This document shows, in pieces, positions 47,385-59,800 of a stretch of DNA of 64,000 nt. Numbering within the stretch: position 1 is the stretch's first letter; each line of letters starts with the position of its first letter. Source of the DNA: Raillietiella orientalis (Eukaryota); assembly GCA_036172245.1 (NCBI GenBank), contig JAYWIR010000018.1, positions 496,001 through 560,000 of the forward strand. Reading direction: 5' to 3'. The notes under the pieces were generated by a model. It made no database searches. It was not told the origin of the DNA and was given only the letters and a program-made list of their open reading frames with translations. Position numbers and translations under genes: made by a program.

Positions 47385-50300
47385 TGCGACCAAAGTTTCG
47401 CTCCTATTGCTACTTATCTTCGAGTAGTTCGATGCTGTATGCAAATACTGAGAACTGACTATTGCTCTGCAGAAAATGTGCTTTCATGCGGTTTTCATCA
47501 CATCATGGTGCACGCACAACGACTGTTTCACACATATTTGCTGTGAATTTTTCTTGCACGTGGAAAACAAAAAAAGAAAAAAAAAAAAAAAAAAAGGGGG
47601 AGGGGAGTGGGGGGTAAATTTGCAAAAAATATGCAGACCAAAATGCACCGGGAAAATGACAGGGGAGGGGAAGAGGGGAACACACAGAGATGCGTCGGTT
47701 TTACTTGTGCTGCCGTACCTGTATCCGTTTACATAACTCCCCACTAACGAAACGGCACAAGACTTCCGCACATCCCAACCTTGACTAGCAGACACAAACC
47801 GGAGGCCGATTTCACTAGAACGTTGTCTCTTGGCGCAGGCTCGGTGAAGGTCTGCGCAGACATCTTGATATGCTCGCGAGGTCAGCGAGTGTAGCCTTCC
47901 TCATGTGCAGCATTTCTCGTCGATGCCGTCGTCGTCGCCCGGCGCAAGCTATCTGCACGGCTCGCACGTGAGGCGCGGTAGCCATGGAGAGCGGCAACAA
48001 TTAATGGCAAACAATCATTCCAAGCCTAGGCTTGCCTGAACGTGCCACTGATGCGCGGCTCTCTCATCCACATGAGAAAATAAAAGCTCGAGAAGTTTGT
48101 GCGTTCAAAGCTGCCGTCTCCGTTTTTTTCTTGTTTTTTTTTTTTGGACTGCTTTGCGTATAAATAAATTGAATTACACTGCTTACTGCTGTCGAATCAC
48201 GAGCTTGGCAAATCGAAATACGACCGGCATCTTCCTTTAACAAGTTGACAGAACTAACGAGATGGTGATCAGTGATATTCATGACATGAGTGCTATTTCC
48301 CATCTACTACTGTGTTTCGTTTGCAAGCGATGTTTCGGAGGCATAGGAATGTCTCCTGATCTAAACGAGTTGGCTGCTCACGGGCATATTCGTCTTGAAA
48401 GGAAGAAGAAAACATGATGGTGGCCTCGAGGTAGATATTCATGTGCAGCAAACTTATTTCTAATTACTTGTTCGTATTAAGAAGGTTAACCCTATGTGCG
48501 CTGTGTAAGCAAGATTATCTGGGGTTCAGCAAAGTGTTTTGTATGAACGGCTCGTTCTGCAACGCTCGAACAATCAAGATAAATGGCCACTGTGGTTGAT
48601 TTTCATTTTTGAATTTCGCTTCCTGTAGAGACAAAAATGGCGAACGTTTTCTTCGCTGGCGGAAGGAAAATTTTTCCTTGCCCTTAAATCGATCCTCGGG
48701 TCTCACGAGCTCTCCCTGGAAGAGATGCGCACACGCAGGCACACACACACACACACACAGGAAAAAAACAGAAGAATATCAAGTGCACATTGTTGGGTAA
48801 GGAAGGCGCTGCCGCCATGAACGCTTGCTACCGCAAATACTCGGAGGCGTCCTGGAGGCACTGCCTCGCATCTTTGCCCCATCCCTTCTTTGCATGCAAG
48901 TCGAGGCGCGGGCGCATTTCTAAGACGACTCTACGGCTTTCTTTCTTTCTTTTTTTTTCTCCCTGGGAAAAGGGTACAACGTGAGGATCGAAGTGCAGTT
49001 GCCTTTGCTCTCTCCTGTCACGGAAGAGGGGAGGGGAAGGAGGCGTGCATTTGGCTACAGGAACGGCAGGCAGCGGTTTCGGCAGTGTCGCGGCTAAATC
49101 AGCTCGCTTGCCAGGAAAGTTCTTCAGAGGAAGCTGCTGCTTCTGCTTCCTCGATTTCTGGAATCTTTTTGCTTTTCTGTGAAGCTCTTTCGCACTTGCT
49201 AGAGGAGCGACCATGTGAAAACGCGCGCACAGGATCAGGAGCTATCCCCACCTACCCCGTCAGCCTGCACCCTACGCCGTACGATGGCTTTCGAGCATCC
49301 ATGGTGTTTGGGAATGACTGAAAAACAGGGAGGAGGGGGGGAAAGACCTATCCACAAGCTCTGCAGTGTACAGCAGGAGTGTACAGCTCTGCAGTGTACA
49401 GCCGTTTCTCTTGTCGCTACCGATGTCAGCAAGCGTGTCAAAAGAAGCGGAGTCAAAGGAGAGGAGGCTTTTGATTCCTAAAGTCCCTTGCGGAAACTCT
49501 CCCTTCTCCATCCTTGCACCCTCTCCCCTCCCCCCCCTGAAAGGTTCGTCGGTAGTGTGCGGTGCACACGCAGTTGGAAAGAGAGGGGGCAGTTTTCCTC
49601 GTTCTCCAGCTCCCGGGAGCGCAAGTTCCTTCCTCTTCCTCTTTTCCTCCCTCGCGAAAGATCCGTCCAGAAGGGGGACAAGAGCTCTTCTTATTGACCC
49701 GCGTGTCCACTCTCCACGCTTTCCTACGTAGCACCCCGTTGACCCAAGAACAAGACTTTCCGAACGCGCGCACGGCTCCTCGCATGACGCCCTCCGCGTC
49801 GGTATGCGCGGGCGCGGAGGAGGAGGGAGGGCGAGGAGACCTCGACCAGACGGCAACTCTGCAGCCCTGCGGTTCGACGGCGGCATCGGCGGCTGCGGGT
49901 CGTCCGCACTTCCCCGTCCTCAGGAGTTCTGCGTGGTCGCCCCTTCGTTTCACGAGCGCGCGCGCGTGCGAGTGAGCGAGCTCGGGCCCTTGGGCTCCTC
50001 CGTCCTTCTTCGCCCGGCAAAACTCCAAGAGAGCGCGCCGCGCGCAGAAGACTCCGCCGAGACTGCTGCTCTCTCTCTCTCTCTCGGGCGCGCGCGCACA
50101 CACGCACACACAGACACACACACCCTCATCATCCGTCTCCGTCCCCCGGCCGTCTCCATGGAAACGCTCCCTTTCGCTCTCTCCTCTCCGCCGCCGCCGC
50201 GGATGCCAACGAAGGGAGAGTCTAGAGGAGAGAGAGTTTTCTCTCTCTCTCCTCGAGGAGGACGCGCGAGCGTTCTCCTCTAGAAGTGTTGCTCTTGGCG

Positions 50301-53300
50301 ACGACATCCTGATGCGCACCGCCCACGCTGCTGGTGTAGATCACACGGGCTGCCCCGGTCCTGGTGGCGCCGCACGATGCTTCCGAGCGATTGATTGCAC
50401 GCTTCTTTTTCAGCGGACCGCTCCTGACGTTCTTCCTTCTGCTCAGAAGGGTCATCGTAGTCCGGGGGGAATGCTATAGTCCTCCTCTTCAGACGTCTCC
50501 CCCTATCCTCTCTTTCACAGTCCCTATGCTCACACCCCTTCCCTTGCACCGGGATCCCTAGACGCTGGCCGACTCTCCCCGCTCGGGAGAGCGTACTCCA
50601 GCATGGAGGTAGGAACTCTCGTCCTTTTCAGCTAATGCTTTACCATGTGCGCGCGTTCGCCCGGCTTTCGGGAGCTCCCGACCGGTTGCGACACGACGGC
50701 AGGAGGAAAGCAGAGGATGGAGGAAAGAGAGAGGAGGAGGGATGGGAAAAGGAGGTGGAGAAAAGGATGCCCCCCGTGACAGCAGCGTCCTCCCCTCGAT
50801 AGTGTTCTCCCTACCTTTCTTCCATCCCCTTGATGGTGCGGACCATGCGCCTCAGGAGGGCAGCAGTCCCTGAGTCCACCCTCATTTGTGGAGCGAATAT
50901 GGCTGTGGAGCTCGGATGATCCCGAACGCACCCCCCCCCCCATCCTCCCCTCTTGTCCCGGAGGGTGCTCGGAAAGGGCGAGGACTCCGTGCGATCTGTA
51001 AGAGGGGAGCGAATTAGCTGGCGCGGAGAGGAGGAGGAAAGGTCGTGGTCCATGTTGGGTTTCATAGGTTTCTCCTCCCAGACCATCCGTTGTGGTCCAC
51101 AAGCTCTCCCGTGGTGGCTGTCGCTCCCCGCAGGGACGATTGGACAGTGTGCCGGGGTAGAGAGCAGAAGTGCGAAGCGGCCTTTGCAGGACTGATGAAA
51201 GGCGCTGGCAGGGGAAGCACACCGAGGGGAAAGATGAAGGAAGGAGAGCAGCACTGCTCGCCGGGGTCGCTGTTCCGGTGCGGCGGAAGCATTCGCCCCC
51301 TCTCCGTCTCCGGGGAGACGCTGTGCCTGCACTCGATCTCCCTCTGGGCCTCCGCCGCCTCCTCTCCCGCCACCACAGCCGACGGCGGCAGCATCCCAAC
51401 GCAGCACTGTCGCACGTGCGCGCTCGCATCCCGGTGCGCTCGTCTCGACGGCAGCGGGCGTCCTCTCCCTCTCTCTCTCCCTTCGCGGTTCTCATGCGAT
51501 GCTCGCTTGCGAGGAAGGGCAGAGGGGGCGTCAGGAAATCCTCCCTCCGTGGTTTCCCGGGACGGAACACGCAGACATGAGGCAGACCATCGATCGCTTC
51601 TGCTTGCGGGTCATTCGCTCCTCCACTCTGTCTCTAGGGGGAACAGAAGGGTGAGGTGGGGTGCCCGAACCTCTCCTCCGAAAGGTACGGGCTGCTCCTA
51701 GAGTGCGCGAGGAATGCCGGCGTCCTCAGCCCTCTCGGAAAACATTCCGCAGAAAACCCTCCACCCTGCTCCCGGGGGATTTTTGCAAGCCAGTGAAGGG
51801 CGCAGGTAGCTTTCCCCACGAGTTCGACGTGACCATGGAACCACCAGACCATGGATTCCTCGACGGCTGCTGTCCTTTTGCCGCAGAAGGTATGTCGGTC
51901 CGCCGAGGACGGTGGATGCACGCACGGGAAACCGGGCTGGAAAAGGTGGGGCTGAGGGCACGAAACTACTCAGGAACGGAGACTCCGTTTCCGGCTACCC
52001 AGGACGGAGTGCTGCGCGGATGGGACGGGCGCGCCTCTACAGCTCTGGTGGGTGCGTCACGTGTACAGCTGCGGTGCAGATGCGCCGGAAGGAAAAGCCA
52101 GTGGTAGTCGTCCCGGGCCGTCCCAAGCAAATAGAGGCGGGAGTTGGGGAACGCGCAGCAACCTCCGTCACCCTCTGCTAGGGGAAGGTAGGGGTCGTCG
52201 TCATCTCTGATGGGTCTCCGCTTCACCGGGCGCAACCGAGATGAAGCTTCGCGCCATTAGACGCAGCTGGGCGCCGTACCCCTCCGCGACCCTGCATCCC
52301 GCGTTTTTTCGCTGCTGCCTGAGCCTGTAGCGCGCGCGCGTGTGCAGACGTGTCACGGGTAGGGCCAGAATTTTCTGCGCCTGCCAATGCGGAAACGCGA
52401 GCGAGTCGGCGTCAGCGTCGGCGGCTCCTCTGGTGACTCACGGCCGAATTGCCGCTTGCGGAGGGTGAACGAATCCGTAGCGGAGCAGCGGCAGTGATCC
52501 TCCGGGTTTGGCGGGAAGCAGCTCATAGGCTGTGTGCAGGTGCGCCCAGCCGTTCGGCTGCGTTTCCGATGGCGCGGATCCTTAAAGAACCCCGGGGAGG
52601 AGACGGGTCAAGGAAATGAGCAAGCTGCGAAATGTGCCCAGTGGTCGCTTGCCGGCGGGGAGAAGCCAAACCGAAACAAGAGGCAGGCGGCATCGTTCTC
52701 GGATCCCCGCATTGGTTGGCGCAGGACTCGATGGCCGGCGGTTCGATGAGTGAGCGAGAGGACCCGATTTCACGCTGCTGCTTCGGCATGCGAAACATGC
52801 AGCTTATGGGAAAAAACACAACAAAACAAAATCGAAACAAAACAAAAAAAGTGGTAGCATCAGCAGAAGCAGAAGGAAGAAAACAGGAAGAGGTGATAGT
52901 GAAAAAGGAGATGCTCGCGCGATGCTGCGACTGAATGGTTCGCAGTGGATGAAGTTGCATCTCAGCCAATTTGAGGGGGTGAGGGATATACAATTTAGGG
53001 CTTTGGGTCCGTATGGGCTCCTGGGTTCATGCTCTGTAGGGACGATCGAGAATGCAGAAGAAAAAGGCAGAGCTGGGAGTAATCTTGCTGCTCCTCTGTC
53101 TACTTGGAGTCGTTTTGTCACGGCGCCAATTGTTTTGTTCCGTGCTGACGTCCTTTTACGCCGTCTCCTGACGTTTGCCTGAGCAAAGAAGCAGCCCCGA
53201 CGATAAAGAAAACGAATCATCCATAATTTTCAGCGTCTTTCGAAAGGCATAAAAGAAGCAGGAAAACATGGAAAAATCTGGAGAACACCAGGCTGTTTAT

Positions 53301-56300
53301 GGGACCTATGTCTCTCCACGGCCTCCTCAATAAACGAAAACCTATAGAATTCGCGTACGCGCGCGCTGCGCGATAGGGCAATATTTTTTTTTTTTTTTTT
53401 ATTTCCTTCCCTGCCCCCCTCGCCAGAGTTTTATTGCATCAAAAAGAAACATTGCGACAAACAAGCGAAATCAGAGAGAGCACGACTTCAGTAGGAAAAA
53501 ACACAGAGAAGAAGAGTCCTGTTTCTTCTTATCGTCTGAGCGAAGGCACTTGCTCGGCTTTTTTTTTTTCCTCTCTCTCTCCTTCCTCTCCAAACAGCGA
53601 GCCGGAAAGTACGCCTTTCGAGGCAGATAAGCTTTGCCTAACAGCAAAGGACGTGCCGAACGCATCGCGTGTGTGCCCTTCCTTCTTCCTTTGCGGGAAG
53701 ATCTGCTGCTGCTCACGGGGGCGCCGCCTTTCTTGAGCCGATACTTTTCCTGCTGAAGCTCAAGAACATTTTGCAATCAATGTGGAAAGCGCGTGACACG
53801 GAGCCTCTATTTTCCACTGGTCATTACGGCAGCCATCTTCGAAACCTTGCTTCTTTTTTTTTTTTTTTTTTTTTTGAGCCCCAAAGGGTTCATTCGTTAT
53901 CGATTCGCGTGCAAAGCCGATTCCGCAGCGCTGCCCATTTATTTTTTTATTTGCCTTCCGACCCCGATTTTCATCAGCGAATTCCAATTTCACGGAGGGG
54001 CATTGAAATGCAAATCCGAGGTTGTTCTCTCGTGCAAGCGAAACGCTTCGCGTCAGTGCTGTTTTCGCGTTCCGAGGGCGAAACAGCGCATTCCAATTGG
54101 ACGCTTCTGAAACAATGGAGTGACGTAACCAACAATGCCTAGCCTACATCGGAAAAGGTTCGTGTGCGGCCACTGGCAACGCCATCGAGCCACAGTAAAA
54201 CCGTGTACGCGCGGCGAGGGTGCGCACAGTTGGGAAAGTAGTGCCTCCAAGATTCCTCTTCGAAAGAGCCAAGAGCTGTGGGTTTGTTCACGAGGGAGCC
54301 AGGCAGCAGCAGGTGAACGTTTGCACATAAGCAACTGAACACGCAAACAAGGCGTAGCATGTGCAAAAAACACTGCCGTAGATCGGAAACGCTCTTGCGT
54401 ACGGGTTGCAAGCGCATGCGCGGAAGGACGACGCTCGCACTATTGCCCGTCTCTAAGTTTGGCAGGCAGGAAGAATTTCTTTCCTTGGATGGGCGATGTA
54501 TGGCTGTTTTGCCCTTCTCTCAGCGAGAGAAGCGAGGCGAGAGCAGCATGGTCCCAGTGAGGCACACGCAGGAAGTGGGCGATCTGGAAAAGTCAAATAC
54601 AGTCAAATGCTACTGCTGCGGCTGTGCCGGGATCCAGAGATACGCGCGTTTCAGCAACGGAAGCAACGGTGTCCCTGTCGTTACGCGATGTTCGAGCGTT
54701 CCCGTGGGCGAGTTTCTAGGGGCAAGGGGGGGGGGGAAGGGGGAGACTTCCATTGAACCACCCGTCTTGCATGCGCTCGCATGCCTGGCCCGGGCAGATC
54801 CTGCTCGTGGGACCTTGCGGAAGTGAGCCCTCGCTACCTTCTCCATGGTCGTGGGGACAGGAGAAGGGAAAGAAAGAGCGCAAATTTCGAGGATGCGCAC
54901 CCCTTCGCCCTCTTTCAGCTTCCTATACGAGATTCACCAGCAGCGCGCTCCCGCGCCGCAGACGGTGGTCCGCACCCTCTTCCCCTCCCTCTCCCTTCGA
55001 AAGAGCGTTCCGCAGTACTTTCAGTCAGTCCTCAATCCCATCTACTCGGAAAAAGGGGTCGTCTGGCAGAAACAAGCCTCTTTTCCCGAGCGGCCTACAG
55101 ACTCCCTTGTGGGAAGAGGGGCTCGATCAGGGAGGCAAGGCGGAGAGAGGTCAAGGAAACATCTCCGGTGTCTCATGGCGAAAACGCTCCGCAAGGTGCC
55201 CCTCCCCCTCCCTCCTACAACAGCGATCTGCGCTTGAACCAAGCCACTTCCTGCATGCATCCCGACCAGTCTCTCGTCTTTCTGCAGGCAAGGAGGGAGG
55301 AGCACCAGGGGGACGCCTTCCTTCGGTTTCGACCAAGACGAACGGGTAGCCCTAAGCATCCGCGAGCCGCCGCTGCCGGCGGCGCTAGCGGAGCTCGCAC
55401 GCCTCCACATGCTGTGTGCTCTCTTCTCGTAGCCGCAGGGCACTGCGGATTTCTCCACGACGCTTCCGTCACGCTTCCCATCGCACCCCCAGGGATTTCC
55501 GTGGCGGACGCCGACCTCTTAGGCGGGCGGACAACCCCCTCTGGTCTATTCCTTGGCAGGCGGGAGCGTGCCCCTCCGCCCCCCCTCGCGCCTGCCCGTC
55601 CGACAGCTGCTACCCTCAAGGACCGCGATCGAATCCTTCCTGTCGACGAGGCACACTCGGCTACTTCCTCCCAGCTTCTTGGCGGGCGAGCGCTCCGTGA
55701 ATCCAGAGCAGGACAGGGGCGAGGGAGCCGGCGGATTAATCCGCTGGAATGGGGCCGCTGAGTAGGCGCGCGCACGCCTGCTCCTTGGGATTTTACGTCC
55801 CTACCCAAGAGTCCCGGTGGTCGACTCGAGCACCGGAAGGAATCTGCTCTGTGCGGCACTTCGGGAAGAGAGCATCGGCTGCGGGTGTGTGCGAGCTCTC
55901 TCGGACGAGGCTAAGACAGGGACACGGCAGCGCAAGCTTCCCTCGCCCTCGAACGCATACGGCGGTAGCACTTCCGGGTGGTTCCTTGGGAATGGAGGTC
56001 TTTTCTCGTGCGCGCTTTCTCAGTGCCAGGAACGGAGATCGTCACCCGTCGCCGCGTGCTCAGGCAGAGGAACGTTCGGTCGGCAGCACGCGGATGCATC
56101 CGTGTCTCCACCGCCTACCCGCGTCTGCACGGTGACGGCCACGGCGACGCGCGCGCGCGCTCCGGCGGCGGGAGCATCTGTTGCGCCCATGCATTGGCCA
56201 TGTGACCAGCGCGTTGGGATGTTGCGAACATCAGCCGCAAAAGGAAGGGGTCTCGGTCCACCCTCGCGCGCCCGGAGGGTCGGGTGTGGGAGGAAACGCG

Positions 56301-56769
56301 ACTCTCGCGCCGGCGCAGGATGGACGGGAATTGCGCGCGCCGGCGCGGACCACTCGTGAGCACCCAATTCACGCTTTTCCTCTCTTCATCCGTCGGCGGT
56401 CGCACGGGCGCGCGCACACAGCGGAAGGACGGGGCGTCCTTGCGCGACCGGTCGTTCCGCTCCAGGCTGAGGGAATCGATCTCTCTGGCCGTCGTCCCAA
56501 TCCACTGAAGGGACACGCCGCGGCGGAAGCGGCGGCACGAACCGGGCCGCGCGCGGCCGTCTCCTCTCTTGCGTCCTCCCCTTCCGCATCTTCCTCTCTC
56601 CACCGCTTCCTCCCCCCCCTTCCCCTCGCGCGCGCGAAGCATCCGCTCCGAGCGGCGGCGGCGGCGGTCGTTCCGCTCCCGCGCGCGCGCAGGCGCACTC
56701 GTCGGCTACGGCGGAGGCGGTGATGCCAAATGCGCATTCGTAGACAAGCGCTCCCCCGCCGCCGCCTCT

Positions 56770-56802
<33 letters not shown>
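56770..56802. repeat. (GCC)11 trinucleotide repeat in a CpG-dense segment
   Basis: Directly visible, with imperfect flanks 56758-56820. Confidence 0.95.
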
Positions 56803-56804
<2 letters not shown>

Positions 56805-59800
56805 CGCCGCCTCCGCCGCATCGAGCGGTGACGTCAGTGCTCGCAGCCGTCGCCGAAGCCATTCGTGCGGCGTGTCTCCTTCGCTCCGGCGCCCGGCGGA
56901 ACGCAAGCCTCCGCCACAGTCCTCGGCACGCTTCGCCTAAGCAAAGGCGCGTGCGGGGGAGGGTTTCAGAGAGGGGAGGGGAGAGGGAAAAAGGGGCGTT
57001 GTCGTCATCGACACCGCCTTGCTTTCTCATGTCTTTGTCTTTTCTTCTTCGTCCTTCAGCTGGCAATCGCGCAGCCGCCTCCATCTCACAGCTCGCTTAG
57101 CAGCTGGTCTTTGCGCAGAGGCGCTTTTGCACAGGATGCTCCGGGAGGTACGCTCTGCACCACCACCAGAGGGACCTTGGATGGAAGGGTGGGAGGAAGC
57201 GCTCGGGGTTTTTTCCTTTTGCGCCAGGCGGCGTTGTTCCCCTCGTCTCCGCGACACATAATGCGGCCTGTTTCTGACGTCAGCGGCGAGCTTGCGCGCG
57301 AGTGAGCGGCCTCGGCGACGCCGGGAGCAGCCCCGCTAACGAAGAGTTCGTCGGCCTTGGGTTCGCCGAGGATCGCGTGGGAGTCCGGGAGTATTCGTCC
57401 CTCCTCGTTCCCCTGCGGAGGAAGCTGTGCCCGAAAGAGCAGGCGCGTTCCAACCGATCGAGAATCCTGGATGGCGACGACGCGATCCGCTCCTCAATTT
57501 GCCTGCCCCAAACGGCAGCGGAGGAACTCGCGTTGGATTCTCTCATACAGCGCATGGGTCGCGCTGCTTCGCCTCGGGAACGGGGTCTGGAGTTTGTCTC
57601 CTAGGGCAAAGGACTCGCTTCTAGTATGTCATTCCTCTAGGCCACTTCCCGAACTCGCATGCTTCCCAGACCGACCTGCGGACAACCGGCACCAGAGGGA
57701 TTGTCCATTCCCTCAGGAGACGCACCGGATCCCACGGGAACATTCCCCAGCCCTTTTCCGTTCCCAGAAGGAAGCTTGACAAGGTCTCTAGCTCCCATAG
57801 CTGGCGACCGGAAACACATCGAGCTGTCTTCCCGGGGGAGGCTAAGAAAGTCCCCGCCTTCGGGATGGGAGACTTCCCCTTGCCCTCCCCCACACGCACA
57901 CACGTCGTCTCCTCCGCCTCTCCTCTGCAACCCTCTTTCTTCCCCTCCCACTCGCCTCTGTCTGCGCTGCCTGAAAGCTTCACCCGTATTATTCCTCTTC
58001 CTTGCGATCCGGGACTTGGATCCGACCGCTTGTCTCGAAGACCCACGTTCAAAAGTCCTTCCGGAGAAGTCGCAACCGCTTCCCGGGGCTCATGTCAAGA
58101 ATTCCCTGTGATGTGGACTGGTGATCGGGCTCGAGCATCTTTCTCCGTGCCCTCCAGTCTGTAGCGAGAGTCCCAGGAGGGAGGAGGGTCCGATCCAATG
58201 CTTGGAATATTCTTCTCGGCCGCCGAGCGCTTCGAAGGAGCTACTGCTTGCCTGTTAGGTCCAGTAAGTTGCCGTCCCCTAGGAGCCGCCAACGTCATCC
58301 CCGAGCAGGAACAACCGGGGTACCAGGATTTTTCCACAGGAGCGCTTTTTCCCAGGGGGAGCTTCCTGGAACGTGCCGCTGCTGCCGGCGCGCGCGGGGG
58401 GAAGGCCGCGTGCCGTCCCTGCCAAGCGGGGAGAGAGGGAAGCCAGAGCGTTCCCTTTCGGTCGATCGCTGCGGAACGCGTCCCCGCTTTCCAGGAACTC
58501 TTCATCCTGGCGGCTCATGCAGGCATCCGGCAGAGAATTTCTCTGCTCCCTGAAGGAACTCTTGGAAGCGCGCCTCTTTCGAATACTCCCCCTTTTTTAC
58601 CCCAACGGGAGGCTTCCCGATTCATTCCCGAATAGCCGGTGAAGGGAAGGCTTCGTGGACGAAAGGGAAGAAAATCTTTGCCGGGGAGCTCGGCAGGGTA
58701 GGCTGCGATGCGGGCTAGCGGGGACGAACACATTCCTTCTCCTCCAGGAGACGTAGCTTGAGGCAACTAGAAGATCTCTCGTTCTGTAGGCGCCGTCTCC
58801 GCTCCTAGGAGCTTTGTGAACGCGGGAGTTTCCGAAATCGCCTCCTGGGAGGCGGGAAGAGATGGAGACAGATGCGTTCCCGGATCAGGAAAAGGATATT
58901 GCTGTTCTCTACCTTCGCGCGGAAGAACGAGACGAGAAAACCACCACCAGCGCGGATGGTCCAGTAAAAGTGGATCTCCTGAAAGTTTCCCGAGAGAAAG
59001 ATCCATTCTCTGAGTAGTGTTGTTTTCCCACGGTTCTCAGCACTGGTTTCCCAGACTTGGAGGTGTCGCCGTCGGAGGTCCTGGCAGATGCGCGACGCGC
59101 TCAGAAATGGAGACCCTTCCGTCTTTTCTTGTCGACACCAGTGACACCGCTGAGCGGCGTCCTTCAAGCTCGTGCAGTCTTCCCCTGGCATTCACTTTAC
59201 GACGCAGAATCAGCTGATCCTAGCTGTAGGACATCATAGAGTTTGGTTCCATCGGACTGGGCAGCAGCAGAACCCCATGTAGTCTTCTCAGTCGTAAGTC
59301 ATGCGCTGGACCTCAAGGATGTACTCGTCATCCATCCTCTCTTCCCCGTTTCATTCGACCTCAAAATTAGGAGACAATTCTAAGGAAGCAAAGAGGACTT
59401 TGCCGAGAAACTTTTTTTCTCTTCCCCTTTTTTTGATGTACAAAAAATGCGGCCTAATGGCCGTTCGTGGCGAAAGTGAAGGAGCGTCGTCTTCGTTGAG
59501 ATTGTTGAGTTGCGTACGCCTCTGGTAGCGAAAGTGAAGGTGCGTTAACATGGTGGACGTCGTCACACTAAGAAGGGGAGCAGAGCCTGCGACCGCTTTC
59601 GGGTAAGGGGGGAGGAGGGGGAGCTACCAACTCTCTCCTCTGAAACGTGCAGATCTCATACTGAAAGGTCATCAAACACGACCTTATAAAGCCTTCGAGT
59701 GTTCGAAGTAACACCTCGCTTCCCTATGGTCGAAGGATGATAAGTGAGGAAAGGAAATTGTCCTTCTCAGCATCCTGGGAAAAAACTGGGAAAGCGTTGG

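Noticed and set aside
59470..59545. 18-nt direct repeat GCGAAAGTGAAGG(A/T)GCGT spaced 58 bp apart
   Set aside because: Only two copies in eukaryotic context; not a CRISPR array, probably a local duplication.
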